From positions 1-64,000 of the forward strand of contig JAUCBJ010006143.1 in assembly GCA_032718475.1 (NCBI GenBank): DNA of 64,000 bases. Reading direction: 5' to 3'. Of the stretch, positions 39,349 through 51,889 are shown piece by piece; positions within the stretch are counted from its first letter, which is position 1, and each line of letters starts with the position of its first letter. The notes under the pieces are model-generated. The model was not told the origin of the DNA. It made no database searches and worked only from the letters and a program-made list of their open reading frames with translations. The position numbers were made by a program, and so were the translations under genes. This stretch comes from Nemertoderma westbladi. Lineage: Eukaryota > Animalia > Xenacoelomorpha.

Positions 39349-41014
39349 GGAATACACTACCAGAACCCACCATTCAGGATGCTGCCGAAATGCATGCTGA
39401 TTGGGGTTACTGTTCCTTGGTTGCCTGGCAACAATGGTTTCTGTGTAGTATTAGACACTTTCAACTTATTTTTTAGCAGCATATGAGGTAAAATTTAATG
39501 CTATCACTGCTGTCACTGTTTTCTGGACAGTTTATAGTGTTTCCCTATGTTTTATGAAGATTACTTAATGGTGTGCTATGCGAGGAGTACATTTAAGATT
39601 ACCAATTCAGTTTAATACATGTATTAAATTTCCTGTTGATCAATATTTTTACTTTTTCCGGGTGCATTACAGTTTTTTTCATATAATGTTTTTCTAGTGT
39701 TTTACTGTTTTACTAGTGTTTTTCGAATTTATAATTATCCTTCATTTTCCTATACCTACGTTTTATAAATATTGAGAATTTGATCCAGAGGCAAATTCAC
39801 AGCCAGCTAGCTGGGTTTCTAGTATTGAAATATAGTTGTGATCAAATCAGGGGACTTGGTATTCACTCAGGAAGAACTCTAAACCACAGTAAATCGATTT
39901 CAACTATACAGACTACGAAGTAGGTTTGCTGTATTTTTAGGGCTAAATTTGGCAAATTTTGCAAAATTTTAAAGGCCATGAGGGTGGGGTAGATTTATAT
40001 GAAAATCACAATTTCACATTTTGTGTTTTTTTTCGAACCTATTTGACATTAAATATTTGCATCTTCCATAACTTTTATCAAAAATGCAAGATATCTGGGA
40101 TTTCCAAAACTGGCATTGCCTTCCCAAAAATTTGAAATTTTCAAGTGTCATGAGGCCCGCTTAGAATTTTTCGAAATCAAAATTTTTTTTTTGCAAAGTT
40201 AGTTTAGACCGATTTGGCATCAGAAAAATAGTGCTTCCCTTAAAAATAAAGAAAAAAAAATTTTTCACTCCACCCTATTATTCACAGAGTACATTACGTA
40301 ATACTGTATACCGACGGTATCTAAATATTTTCTTACAGATTTATTTAGAAACTCAGAACCTTGATCCGTGGCGATTCTGTTTAGTTTACCCTTTTGGAAT
40401 ATTTTTTGCAATATACTAATAATTTCAATACCTGTTTTTGTTTTCATACCATAGGCAAAAGCAAGCTGGCTGAAGGCATCAATACATGTTAATATATAGT
40501 TATAATTATTATTTTGTGATTTATATTGCTGCATATCCACCAGATCTATCATATATATATCTTTTAAGCCTCCCGTAAATATTTTAGATGTTGGATAATT
40601 ATGTCTACGTGGTGTGTGAAGGGAGTATGTCTTTTGCCCGCTCAACCATTTCTGGGCTTGAACTGGTTTGATGTTTGTGGCTTTTGCTAATTTTGCGATA
40701 CTTGCAAAACCCGCAGGGGATGAAGGATCTAAATAAATTCTTAACAGTTTTTTGTCTAAGCTTCGGCTTAAAATCGGTTTCATCTTGCGTGGCATCTTTT
40801 CGACAACCGCAAGTAATATGTATATTCAAATCTCTTATAAAGGGCATCACCGTAAGAACAACTGAAATTTTCTAATTTTCTTTAAAGTTGATGTTTTGAA
40901 GGGTTTTTGAAGTAGTATTTACTCTAGGTATATCTTGAGGTTTTAAATCAGTAGCTAACGGTTTACTCGATACTAAATATAATTTTCTAAATGTTACTCT
41001 TGTTTTAACCATTA

Positions 41015-41398
41015 TCACCATCCGCGGTTAATTTTTTTCGCAATAGCCGCTCCAGCGGCAGCGGCACCAGCACTCGCGGCGAGTTTCGCACCAATGCCGA
41101 GTAAGGGTATTAGAAACGGTAGTATGCCTCCAGATTGATTGCTTAACTTTTTTCTGTAACTTGATATATTTTTTGTTTTACGGTTGAGGGATTTCAATAC
41201 CTTTTTATAGCGCCGAATATTTCTAAATGAATGAGGGGTCAATTGTACGTTACCTTTTAGAACATTTAATGCAGTATTTACAATGAGCCGTATTAATTCG
41301 TTACTAGCGGTATGGTTAATAAAATAAGTTCTTTGTTGAGGGGTAGCGCTGCGTAGAAATTCCAGTTCGTTACGATATTTCTGCACAAGTCTATTCAT
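41015..41398 (-). CDS. Conserved small Polinton structural protein with QSGG cleavage motif and hydrophobic tail
   Basis: ALNVLKGNVQL..QSGGILPFLIPLLG; position next to the ATPase. Confidence 0.7.
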   Translation of the reverse strand: MNRLVQKYRNELEFLRSATPQQRTYFINHTASNELIRLIVNTALNVLKGNVQLTPHSFRNIRRYKKVLKSLNRKTKNISSYRKKLSNQSGGILPFLIPLLGIGAKLAASAGAAAAGAAIAKKINRGW

Positions 41399-41438
41399 TG
41401 TTGCAACATTATTGAAAATTGTTACAAAATATTAATTA

Positions 41439-42116
41439 TTAATTATTATTGTTATTATTATTTTCGCTACGTTTATAGTCAATGTAATTTTTAATGTAAC
41501 AATTATGATTACGAAATATATCCGATCTAAATCTTAAATGTTCGGGTGTTTCCTGTCGTAAATCAATTAAGAAATGTGAAAATGGTTCAATAGTTGCATC
41601 TTGATAGGAATCTACTAAAAATTTGGTCTGCCCTGGTAACATTTGCTTCGCAAAATTTAAAACCGATAAACTGTCTCTCGGATTTTTCATTAATACTAAA
41701 GTATGGCTATTAATTGATCTTGTGCGGTTATGCTTCCCGCCGTAAAACATGTTTTGCATTATAAAACAAATAAATATATTGGAATGATGAGCTACCTTAG
41801 TAAACAATACAGTTAATGCTATACTGGACTCAGTTTCTGTTAACAAATCATCTATAATTAATAAATCTCAACTATTCACTAAACTATCTATATTTTTGGG
41901 CAAGCCTTTGTAAAGGTGAGTAATACCGGGAATAGTCGGGGGATTGCTCCCGTAACAATACAATACTCGCAAGGGGGCTTTGTTGAAACAACCATTCTTG
42001 TGTTTAATTAAATTACTGACAAATGTTGACTTTCCGGAACCAGATGGGCCAGAAATTATCATACTTGTTCCCATTTGAAAGTTTAAATTATATGGACCTG
42101 AATTAAAGTCAGCCAT
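41439..42116 (-). pseudogene. A32/FtsK-like packaging ATPase, one premature stop
   Basis: Walker A GPSGSGKS; NS*DLLIIDDL Walker B; HHSNI..QNMF..RSINS..KNPRD. Confidence 0.93.
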
Positions 42117-42555
42117 TTATTATTATTATTATTAAGATATATCAACAATACAATATAATATAAATATCAATATCAATAAACCAACACCATTACTATGTAT
42201 ATAACAATAATTGTTGCAACTACAATATTAGAGTACTGTATATTTAATTAACATATGACGCAGCTACAGTATGTGACGCTCGCTGCAACAAAAGGTGCTA
42301 TTTCCAATTATAGTATAGACTGATGTAATTTCAAGCATGGTGAGCATCTTTATACGCGAAATAATGATAGGTAACATCGGCGGTTTGGTAATCACTTCCC
42401 GAAAATTTTGCGCTAATGATTTTTTTATGTTCGCTGCTAAAAAAATTAGGAATATAGTAGCAACACCGTCGTACTACATTTCTATAAAAAATATTCTCCA
42501 ATATTGTAAATAAATCTCCTGGATCATTACTTTCCGCAGAAATATAAGTTATATT

Positions 42556-42783
42556 TCAAAGCTCTTTCCAATAATAGGGTTGGTAACTTACCAACTTTAT
42601 ATTAAACTTAGATATGGGTGCGCGACAAATAGGACAAATTTTAGAACAATAATTATTCATTTCGGAATATTGTACAATACATTGTACGCAAGTTGCATGT
42701 TTATTTTCACATTTATAATAATCTCGATGTTGTTGCAATAACTTAGAATAGCAAACTGGACATTTTTCATTTAAAATATCCAT
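42556..42783 (-). CDS. RING-finger protein
   Basis: CPVC..CENKHATCVQC..CPICR. Confidence 0.8.
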   Translation of the reverse strand: MDILNEKCPVCYSKLLQQHRDYYKCENKHATCVQCIVQYSEMNNYCSKICPICRAPISKFNIKLVSYQPYYWKEL

Positions 42784-42948
42784 TTTCCAAATTTTAAAGT
42801 AAGTTGAAAATAATTATCACAATACACAACAACAACAACAAACAAAACTGTTATACTGTATATACAAATACTACTACAATTTTCGATTATTTAAAAACCT
42901 CAAAATTATATAAATAATCATAAAATATTTATAATATAGAGGGAAAAG

Positions 42949-43392
42949 TCAAGAATCAATGATATTATCAACATATTCAACATTATCTGTTGATTCTTCA
43001 GTTTTGACAAAGGATTCTTTTAAAATCATTACAATAAAGAAATACATAATTTTGTAGGGATTATGGCGATTTAGCTGTATTTCAAACTTTTCACCAGCTT
43101 TGTTGTATTGTGTAATAACAATAAACCCCTCTATCATGGATAATAGTAAGATGTTGATTAATTTTCCCTCATGCTCAACTTTCAGGTTGTAATCTAAGAG
43201 ATGAATACTATTATCAGAAGCATCAATATCAATTGAGCTTAAAACTTTCCTGGCTTTTTCAGAAAACTCAATTTTATATTTATCATCTCCCTGACGGTAA
43301 ATTGTATAATCAATAACAATATAGGCTTCACCATCTTCTGCAAAAAATGAATGCCTTACTATTGGCATAACCATATCGGAATTAGAAGACAT
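42949..43392 (-). CDS. Polinton hypothetical protein
   Basis: 147-aa ORF co-oriented with the structural block, with ATG after an AT-rich leader; no motif recognised. Confidence 0.5.
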   Translation of the reverse strand: MSSNSDMVMPIVRHSFFAEDGEAYIVIDYTIYRQGDDKYKIEFSEKARKVLSSIDIDASDNSIHLLDYNLKVEHEGKLINILLLSMIEGFIVITQYNKAGEKFEIQLNRHNPYKIMYFFIVMILKESFVKTEESTDNVEYVDNIIDS

Positions 43393-43667
43393 TATTTAAT
43401 ATTTTATTGTAAATCAAACCAACAAAGTAAAAACTTTTAAACTAAAACCATTACAAATGATTAATTGTGATTAAAGCAAGAGATTATATATAAGATATTT
43501 TCAAAAATAATACAGGTCTTAAACTGAAAAAATAGCCTAAATTCGGTTTATTGATTGGTTGATTAGCCGGTAGGGAAATGCAGTTTAATTAAAAATTATT
43601 TGGTTCAGCGTAATAATAATAATAATAATAATCACTAATGTACGTATACGCGTAGCGGGAAACGGAG

Positions 43668-44116
43668 TGGAATTTCATGTATCATACTGAGTGGTTGGTT
43701 GGTTTGTTGGTTTGGTGACAGCCGTTGAGGAGTAGCAGCGCTAGCTAGCGGAGGGTAAATCGTTGAGTTGGTAATCGATATAATATAATATATAATATTG
43801 AGGGAGGGTATATGCACGATGCGTGTAGATGGCCACGTCGTCGTTGTTGTCATCATATACAGTATACAGCGGTGGTGGTGTTGGCAGTGGTGGTGATGTG
43901 GCGAAAAGGTGAATAACATTAGGGTTAGTAGTTAGTTAGTCAGTAGTCGAGTTAGGCTACGCTACGATTGGTTGATGGCAACTGCCGATGGTGACATATG
44001 GCGCACGCATTGCAATTTAGCACCGGAATTTGACATTTTTAATACCCCTCTCAATGGAATGTGCATAGCCCAGGCTTAGGGAGGACTATCGTGAGGACTA
44101 TGCTTTATCTACTACT
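43668..44116 (-). repeat. Polinton right TIR
   Basis: Reverse complement of 19781-20248. Confidence 0.92.
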
Positions 44117-44122
44117 GTCGTG

Positions 44123-44830
44123 TCTGAATCAAGATTGTACCATTCAGGCGGTTGGGCAGTTTATTCTGCTAGGCGCATTACAAATAGGGCTATTTGGGAT
44201 ACTAACACCTACCGTGTCCTCGCCAACATCCTGATAAGATCCTGATCTTGATAACATCCATAATTGCCACGCCCACCTAGACAACCAAAATTCTAGATAG
44301 GAGACCAGGCTAGCTATTGTAACTGTACGCCTACTGTAGTAAACTAACACTTTTCTTCTTAGTATCAGGGACTTAGTAGATTTAAATTGCCGAATTCAAC
44401 ACACACACGCGTTTAGGAATTATTTACACCTTGAAATATATAAAATAATTTGTCCACACCGCAGTTCGTCCGCTAGTTAGATATTTAGCTAGCAACCCCC
44501 ACCCCATATAAATCACACCGCGGCAAAGTATACGAACACCTTTAGTCCGTCAGCAAGTCAGCACGATTGTTAGGATTTGCTGCACGGGATTTTGTATTAT
44601 CGAAGTTTGTCCGTTTGTAGACTGTTTTCTGCCTCACCGGTTAACGAGACCGATACTGCATGCAATAGATTTGCTTACTTAGAGTTTACTGTTTTGTTGA
44701 GAAGGTTGGATTTTTGTTTTGTGATTTACAGACTTTACAGTAGGATATTGCAGGATTCACACATAGTAGAGATGCTATTTCGGAATCAACGAACAGTAGG
44801 AATATGTTTCTAGATCTGGTCGATCAAACA
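44123..44830 (+). repeat. BEL 3' LTR, right part (lacks ~190 bp present in the 5' LTR)
   Basis: Matches 3259-4126; deletion at AATTC microhomology. Confidence 0.9.
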
Positions 44831-47800
44831 CTGAATGTTTTTATTAAAATTCATCACTTGCAATCTTCATGGTAATAAATTGATACCATATCTAATTTTT
44901 TTGTTCTCACTCTGAAGTTGTGTTATTTCCTTAATAATTTCTTCATTATCTTACTTAGTATATTCGTTGGTTGGAAAATCATACACTCGAATAAATGATA
45001 CTGATTCCGACATTGGAATTGTAAAACCAGTAAAAAAAATAAATATACCTATTTATTTTTTTTCTGGTTTTATAACTCCAATGAGTGAGTCAGTATCATT
45101 TTATCAGGTGTTGTTTTCCGACCATCACAACTTTAGAGTGAGAACTATGGTGTCAATTTATTACAGCAATACAGTTTAAAATTTATCACTTGTAATATTT
45201 TTCGTATTTATTATTATTATGGCCTTAAAGCAAAAAACCGGAGCAACAAATAGCTGGAAATTTACTTACAATAAATATACTTGCACCGTCGTTTACAGCA
45301 AGTATTTTATTGTGGAATCTCAGGAGGACAACGAATCAATTTGTTTTTCCCACCAAGATACCCGCTATTTGCTAGACATTCTAGAAACAACCAACAACCA
45401 AATTCAATCCAGACCAGCAATTATACCAGGTAGGATATATCCCACTCTTCGTTTTGCATGAGGAAATTTGAATATTTCTATCAACCCTACGTCGGGTGAT
45501 GTTTACGTTCAGAAACAAGGCAAAGTAAAGTTCTTAACAAAGCTTTTACCGAAGTTCTAATTCAATACAGAGGGAAATTATTGCAATTTCTCTCTCCACC
45601 GCTAGAGATTATTAGCAATCAATTCTACATTGAATTATCAAATCCACAATTTATTGGATTTGTAACAGCTTTTAAAGGAACCAACTATGTTGGCTTATGG
45701 AAAATCAGCCTCAGATACGCTGATAGTGTTGGTTTTAACTATTATACGGGTTTCAATTTGTCAAATCAGGAACTAACCGTTTTGTTGCTAGAGTGGGACA
45801 CCCAAATCGATGAAACAAACAAGCATCTTTTTGATAAAAATATCATTCAACTATCAGATATGATCTATCATTTATGATTAAAACCAATAATAAAAAATTA
45901 TTATTACCAACACCAATAATTCTACTGAAGTCGACACAGGTGGAAATTTTATTGAGTTGCATTACTTGAATGATAGAGCTCATATTAGTTTTCTCAAAGA
46001 GGCAATGGATGGTGTTTCTCTTACTGAAGCTAATGTGGATGGTTTTGTCCTTTTGGATAAACCTAAAGCATTTGTAGAGATCCCATCACCTAAACCGGAT
46101 GTTGAAGAGAGTTGCTCTCAACCGCAACAGGTCTTTCCTGAAATATTACTCGGAAGCCAAGATGATTGAGTAAATTAACCAACGCATCACCTGCAAAGAA
46201 ACAGAAAGTTGCTTTTAACCCAGTTCCAGTAGATCCAGTTACTAATTCTCCATGGAAACCTGATTATTATTCTTACATGGAAACCCTATCATAAGTTAAT
46301 CCGTTTGAGGTTTCCAATAGCCATAAGCGATTGGTGATTGGTGATTGATTTAAAATTATTTCACTCGCTAGCATATAAATGTTTAGATATAGTCAATAAC
46401 ATTTCATTTCATTTTATTTTATTTTAATCTTTGGTGATATTTTATTATCATTATTATTTATTAATCTAAACAAACTTTAACATGGATAAAATAGCAATAT
46501 GTTGTTCATTCTGTCATATGAATGTAACTAGACATAATTATTTACGTTACCTAAAGTCACATTTTGAAGGTTATTCTTGTTTTAAGTGTCATGTCGTGAC
46601 TTCATGCAGTGAAATTTGTAAATGACATGAATCAACTATGGGTTGTAAAGAAATGGAGTTCCGTACCATCAATTGACTTGTTCTACCTGTAATAAAGAGT
46701 ATACATATGAGAATTATTTACGACACGACTGTCACTTGAAATGTTATTACACAAGAAAGCGTAAATCTCCGCAACATAAAAATATAATATCTAGAAAAAA
46801 CTTAAAGGTGACTCTTGGTTCATGCGCAACAATTTTTACGCGGGAACAAGAAGCTCACGAAAGTGCTCGTCTTGAAATTTATGTTCACAACCTCCCAACT
46901 TCTAGAGATTATCCAGATGTAGAAACAGCATTATCGCAAATTCGAGGTAATATTCTTCAGTTAATATTAGACAGATTGAAAGAAATGAATGTTCTTAGAA
47001 TGTGGTTAGGTCTAAATGTATTAATGTACAGATCACATTTTTCAGAAGGCGAGCAATTGGAAACCTTTTATTTTAATTCTTCCGGTGGTGCTATTAATAC
47101 TTTAGATTCATCACAAAGTTTTGACACATGGTTTGAGTATGTGGTGGAAAATATATTACAAAAAATAGCCATCTTTAACACACGTGGTTCAGGCTGGCGT
47201 ATTAAATCTTTATTAAGAGTTGAAATTAAATTAGCTGAATCTAAGTGTAGGTCGTTACTATATAAGGGGCATGGATATATGGAATTACCTAAAGCTTTAT
47301 CAGGAAAAAATTGTACAATAAATATACAAACGGCTGATAATGACTGTTTCAAATGGGCTATTATAACCGAAAAATTTGGTAGCAAAGTGAAATACAACAA
47401 AAACCGTACTTTGTCGTACAAAAATTATATGAGTCATTTAATTTTTGACAACAGAAAAATGATTATCCAACAGAGTGGCAGCTAGCAATTAAACTTTTTG
47501 AAAAACAAAATTCTAAATATATAATAATTTATTATGCTGGAATAACGACAACAAACGCACCCCCGTATCTATATTAAGACAAGAAGTGGGGACTTCGCGC
47601 AGCACAAAGTTGGCAGAGCCTTAGCGAATTGACACTGTTAGGGGGTAGGTCAATTTATGCAAATAGTCACGTTGGCCCTCTAGCGGCAGACTGGAGAACT
47701 GCAGATGGATTCGCCTCCTTTGAAAGTCACAGCTAATGGTCTAATACATATCTGCCAAGTTTCAGCTTAAACGGATTAAAAGCAAAGAAATGGGAGGGCA

Positions 47801-48329
47801 TTTAATGTTTAGACATGTGGCCCTCTAGCGGGAGACCATTGCACTGATGGTGTCTGAAAGTCTCTCAAAAATCTCAACTTTTGCTCATATTGATACCTAC
47901 AAATTTTCAACTTGGCAGCTTTAAATCCGACAAAGTTATTAGCATGTCAAAATCGTAACGACGACGACGAAGACGACGACGACGACAACGACGACGACGA
48001 CGACAACGACGACGACAACAACGACGACGACGACGACAACTATTTGCATAAATTGACCCACCCCCTAACAGTGTCAATTCGCTAAGGCTCCGCCAACTTC
48101 GTGGCTCGCCCCACAACCTCCGTTTAGTAAAATTACACCGGATAAAGAGTTATTAAATATATTACTTTTAGTAAAAAATAACAATGTACCTAAACTGAAT
48201 CATTATGTTTGCATAACTAACTTGAATCGATTGCTGAATATGAAAGTTCTTCATATCCACAATAGGAAATATTGTGAAAGGTGTTTGACTCATTGTTATC
48301 GAAAGGAAGTTCTTCATCGACACCGTCTC
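44831..48329 (+). mobile_element. Second, partial Polinton copy (PC4-like gene + pPolB N-terminus)
   Basis: Diverged colinear match to ~20552-23497; no TIR in the window. Confidence 0.93.
47583..48112 (-). mobile_element. Non-autonomous Helentron/DINE-like element, copy 2
   Basis: Near-identical to 26313-26816; absent from the homologous site (23281) of Polinton copy 1. Confidence 0.7.
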
Positions 48330-48896
48330 TCCCCGTACTCTTCCCACGACCACCTCCCTAATCCAACAAACATCTAGGGACTCCCCAACGTAACAGCGTC
48401 TGGAGTGGGTGTGTGACTACATTATTTTATATATTTTTATTATTTTTATATTTATGTATGTATTATTACGTAATTTTATTATTATAATCGTTTTCTTTAA
48501 TTTTATCTAGTAGAATGTTATTTTAGCGATTATTTAGTAGATTAGTGCAATATATATTCGTGTTTATTATTTAATTACTTAACATTATATTTTGTGCAAC
48601 GGCGAGAAATAATTATTTTTCTCTTTCCTTACTGACCGTATCATATTATAAATACGTGACTACAGTAAGATGAAATGTCCGTACTTATTAAAGTACAATA
48701 AAGCTCCTACTATACTCAAGTCTTATTGGTAAGTAGAGTATTAGGAATGCAAAGTTCAGATCCTCGTGTCTCGACTAAACCAAGCTCCGGGTAGACCTTG
48801 GAAACGACTTGCCTCTTCTCACTGACATTGATCCTTGCAATATTGCTCTCATACCGTATATTAAATAATACATATAGTAGCGTGATGTCCCTTTAA

Positions 48897-50460
48897 CCCT
48901 ATTAGTACCGGGCTATAAAATGCTGTACAAATACCGGGGGGGGGGGGGGTCATATTGACCCTTCCCTCTAAAATCTACAAATATTAACGAAAACGTCTGA
49001 TTTTTTGTTTGTACGTAGGTATCACTAGTCTGGATCCGACCGAAAAAAAAAATTTTCAAAAAAATGGACTGGAGTGGTAATATTGCAGCACCAAAATTAC
49101 AAGTAGTGCAAAATTTTCACAAAATTTGAAAGTTACATTTTTCGGCTAATTGTTTTTCAATACAGGTTTTCTGGGGCGCAAAATACATTGGAAAATATTT
49201 AAAAATGATATGATTACCATAAATGGCTGTTTAGTCTTCTATGCGTAGGAAAAAAATAAAAAAAAACAAGTAACCAGCACTTTTCAGTTAGAACACAAAA
49301 TTTTTAATTCACTTATACGATGCTATAAATTCACCTTTTTAGGTTTTCTAGGGCGCTGTTTCTAATGGAATACATTTCAAATATGCCAGATCATTGCTAC
49401 TTGTATTTTTTGGCGTAATTTGGCAAATTTTGGTGCTAGCACCAAATTTCGTACCCATCACCAAAAAGTACAAGTTTGCGATGTCCAGTGCTGTTTTTAT
49501 TGTTTCCTTCGGATCAGGACCCTCATAAACCCGTATAACGCAAGAAACAAGATGATACTATCTACTGATCAATTTACTCATTTTCCAAAATTTGGTGCAA
49601 AAAACAATTTTCACCCACCAGAGAAAAATACAAGTTTGAAAACTTTTATGAAATTTTTACTGATTCCATTGAATTCAGAACCCTAACAAACCCGTATAAC
49701 GCAAGAAACAAGATGACACAATCAATTGATATATTTGATGGTTTTCAAAATTTGGTGCTAGCACCACATTTTGCACCCACTTCCGAAAAATACAAGTTTG
49801 AGATGTCTAGTTCGATAATTATATATTCCATTGAATTCAGAACAGCCATAAACCTCTAAAATGCAAGAAATAAATTGTCACAAGCAATTTTATCTATTGA
49901 ATGGATTTTCAAAATTTCGTGCTAGCACCAAAATTTGCACACAGCACCGAAAAATACAAGTTTGATACGCTTGGTGCAACTCGTATATATTTCATCGAAA
50001 CCAGAACCCCAAAAAACCCAAATTGCGTAAAAAACAAGTTTCAAACAACCAATTTACAAAATTGACATATTTCAAAATTTGGTGCTGGCACCAAAATTTG
50101 GCACTCGCCGAAAAAAAAAGTTTGAAATTTCTAAATCAATTTATATGAATTCCATCCAATTGCTAACACCAAAAAACCGGTGTAAATAAAAAATAGAGAT
50201 GTTACAATTAATATTTAATGAAATGTAATTTTCAAAAAACGTCTCAAAAAAAGTGCCAAAAGTAGGGTTAAAAAATGGTGCTATAACTCGAAAACTACCC
50301 AATATTTTTGAAAACGGTTTTCACTACTAGGAAGACAATAGATTTTTAGGAAAAGTCATAAAATTTCAGAATTCCAACTGCGTTTGTTTCAGAATTAAAA
50401 TAAAAAAACCACGGGAGGGGTCATATTGACCCCCCCCCCCCCCCCACGGGTTTAATAGGG
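48897..50460. mobile_element. piggyBac-like MITE with internal ~120-bp tandem array
   Basis: TTAA|CCCTATTA...TAATAGGG|TTAA; subterminal GGGTCATATTGACCC palindromes; ~6 repeats at 49420-50180. Confidence 0.8.
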
Positions 50461-51889
50461 TTAACAGTAGCGTAAAACGCAAAATATATCTGTTAAACCC
50501 TTTAACCATCTGTAATTCTAGTCGATTAAGATATTGCGGCACCCACCGATATACTTGAAAGACAAAATTCAAGAATCAGTGGTTAACGTCCCCAGACATG
50601 TTCTGTAATAAATCGGTGCCCATCTTAAGTATTACATAGTTAATATCTATTAAAGCAAATGTTATAATAGAGTAAATGCATAAAAATAAACTCTAAGGAG
50701 TTTGTAAACCAAGAAAATATATAAATCAAAATCTGTTAAATTTTAGATCCTTTAAAATTCTAGTCGATTAAGATATCGTAGCACTTACCGATACTCTTAA
50801 AAGGACAAATTTCCTAGAATCAAGGATCCCAGTCCCCAGACATGCTCTGGAATAAAATTGTGCCTATTTAATATTAAATAATAAAATTTACGGGAATAAT
50901 TTAAATTCATATCCTCTCATGAATTTGATAAATTGTTATTTTATACAATTTATAACATTCCAAAAATTCCATTAAATAATAGATCACGGGAGCGGAGATT
51001 TATCCTATTAAGTATATTAGTGTGTGAGAATCTCCAATATATTATAGTCAATAGCCGATAAAATTCATAAAATCATGTATAAGGGGGAATATTGACAATT
51101 AAAGAATTACTATTAAATAGCATCCCAGATCTGTATGCATGAGAATTACCCTAATTCTACTGCTAGCTTTTCATAATGTCACCATAGCAACAACCACGCT
51201 AGAATTAGAAGCGAGTTAAAAGAACAATAGAAAGCTTGCCCCATTGAATAGCATACGGAATAAATAGCGCACTGCTAGTATCCAAGGATACATAATAATA
51301 ACGTGGCATCCTGGAAGGCACTTGACTAACGGACAAACGAATGTGTACAATTTGTGACAATTGTGTGGAATTTGTGCGTTTATAGGTGAATGTTGCTACT
51401 AAAGTGTGTTTACAGTAGCTAGTCACAGTTGTGAAAGTAGCACTACCTCTGCAGTAAGAACCTGAAGTAAATCTAAGCCCATGGGACGGACAGTGGAGTG
51501 ACTCGCGCTGGTTATTGTTGTCGTTGTGTAGCTACTACGTTGGCGATAAGCACCGCAACAACTGTACATCGGCGCTGAGGATCTTGCGCTGTCCGGGGGC
51601 AGTGAGAGGTAGGCAGCGACGCCCACTAGCCTAATTATAATTAATTATAATATTGATAAACTCATATAGCAGCTATGACTGAGTTGATAGAAGATGATCT
51701 TGGTATCAGGGAGCGATATACCCTACCGTTGCAAGCGTTTGTTGATAGCCTAATACATGGAGACGCTAGTCCCACTACTATGGAGGACAATGGCCGAATA
51801 TCAAACCGCCAATGTCCAAGGAACAACTCACGCGTGAATTGGACTATAGAAAATTCACCGCTTGCTACATGCATCATAATGGTACGTAA

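Larger units (their letters stand above)
37386..40277. mobile_element. hAT-like non-autonomous foldback element with ~750-bp TIRs
   Basis: TAGGG...CCCTA termini, 8-bp TSD TTATTCAC (37378-37385, 40278-40285), long inverted arms. Confidence 0.88.
36807..40795 (-). pseudogene. Polinton retroviral-like integrase with C-terminal chromo-like tail, split by a hAT-like insertion
   Basis: IDLVDM, LTCIDAFS, TDQGSEF; joining restores YSVN|KAAIVERFNRTLK; YNRSYHRTIQMTP. Confidence 0.93.
19781..44116. mobile_element. Full-length Polinton/Maverick (polintovirus-like), decayed
   Basis: Termini AGTAGTAGATAAAGCA...TGCTTTATCTACTACT, 6-bp TSD GTCGTG (19775-19780, 44117-44122), ~450-bp TIRs, full core gene set. 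Confidence 0.97.
2572..44830 (+). mobile_element. BEL/Pao (Belpaoviridae) LTR retrotransposon with an extra downstream gene; 3' LTR split by a Polinton
   Basis: Two LTR copies flank gag-pol in PR-RT-RH-IN order with Pao-type motifs. Confidence 0.92.

Noticed and set aside
48700-48840. Possible integrase C-terminal remnant (SRVLG..RPWKRL) of the second LTR element
   Set aside because: Too short and frameshifted to support by eye
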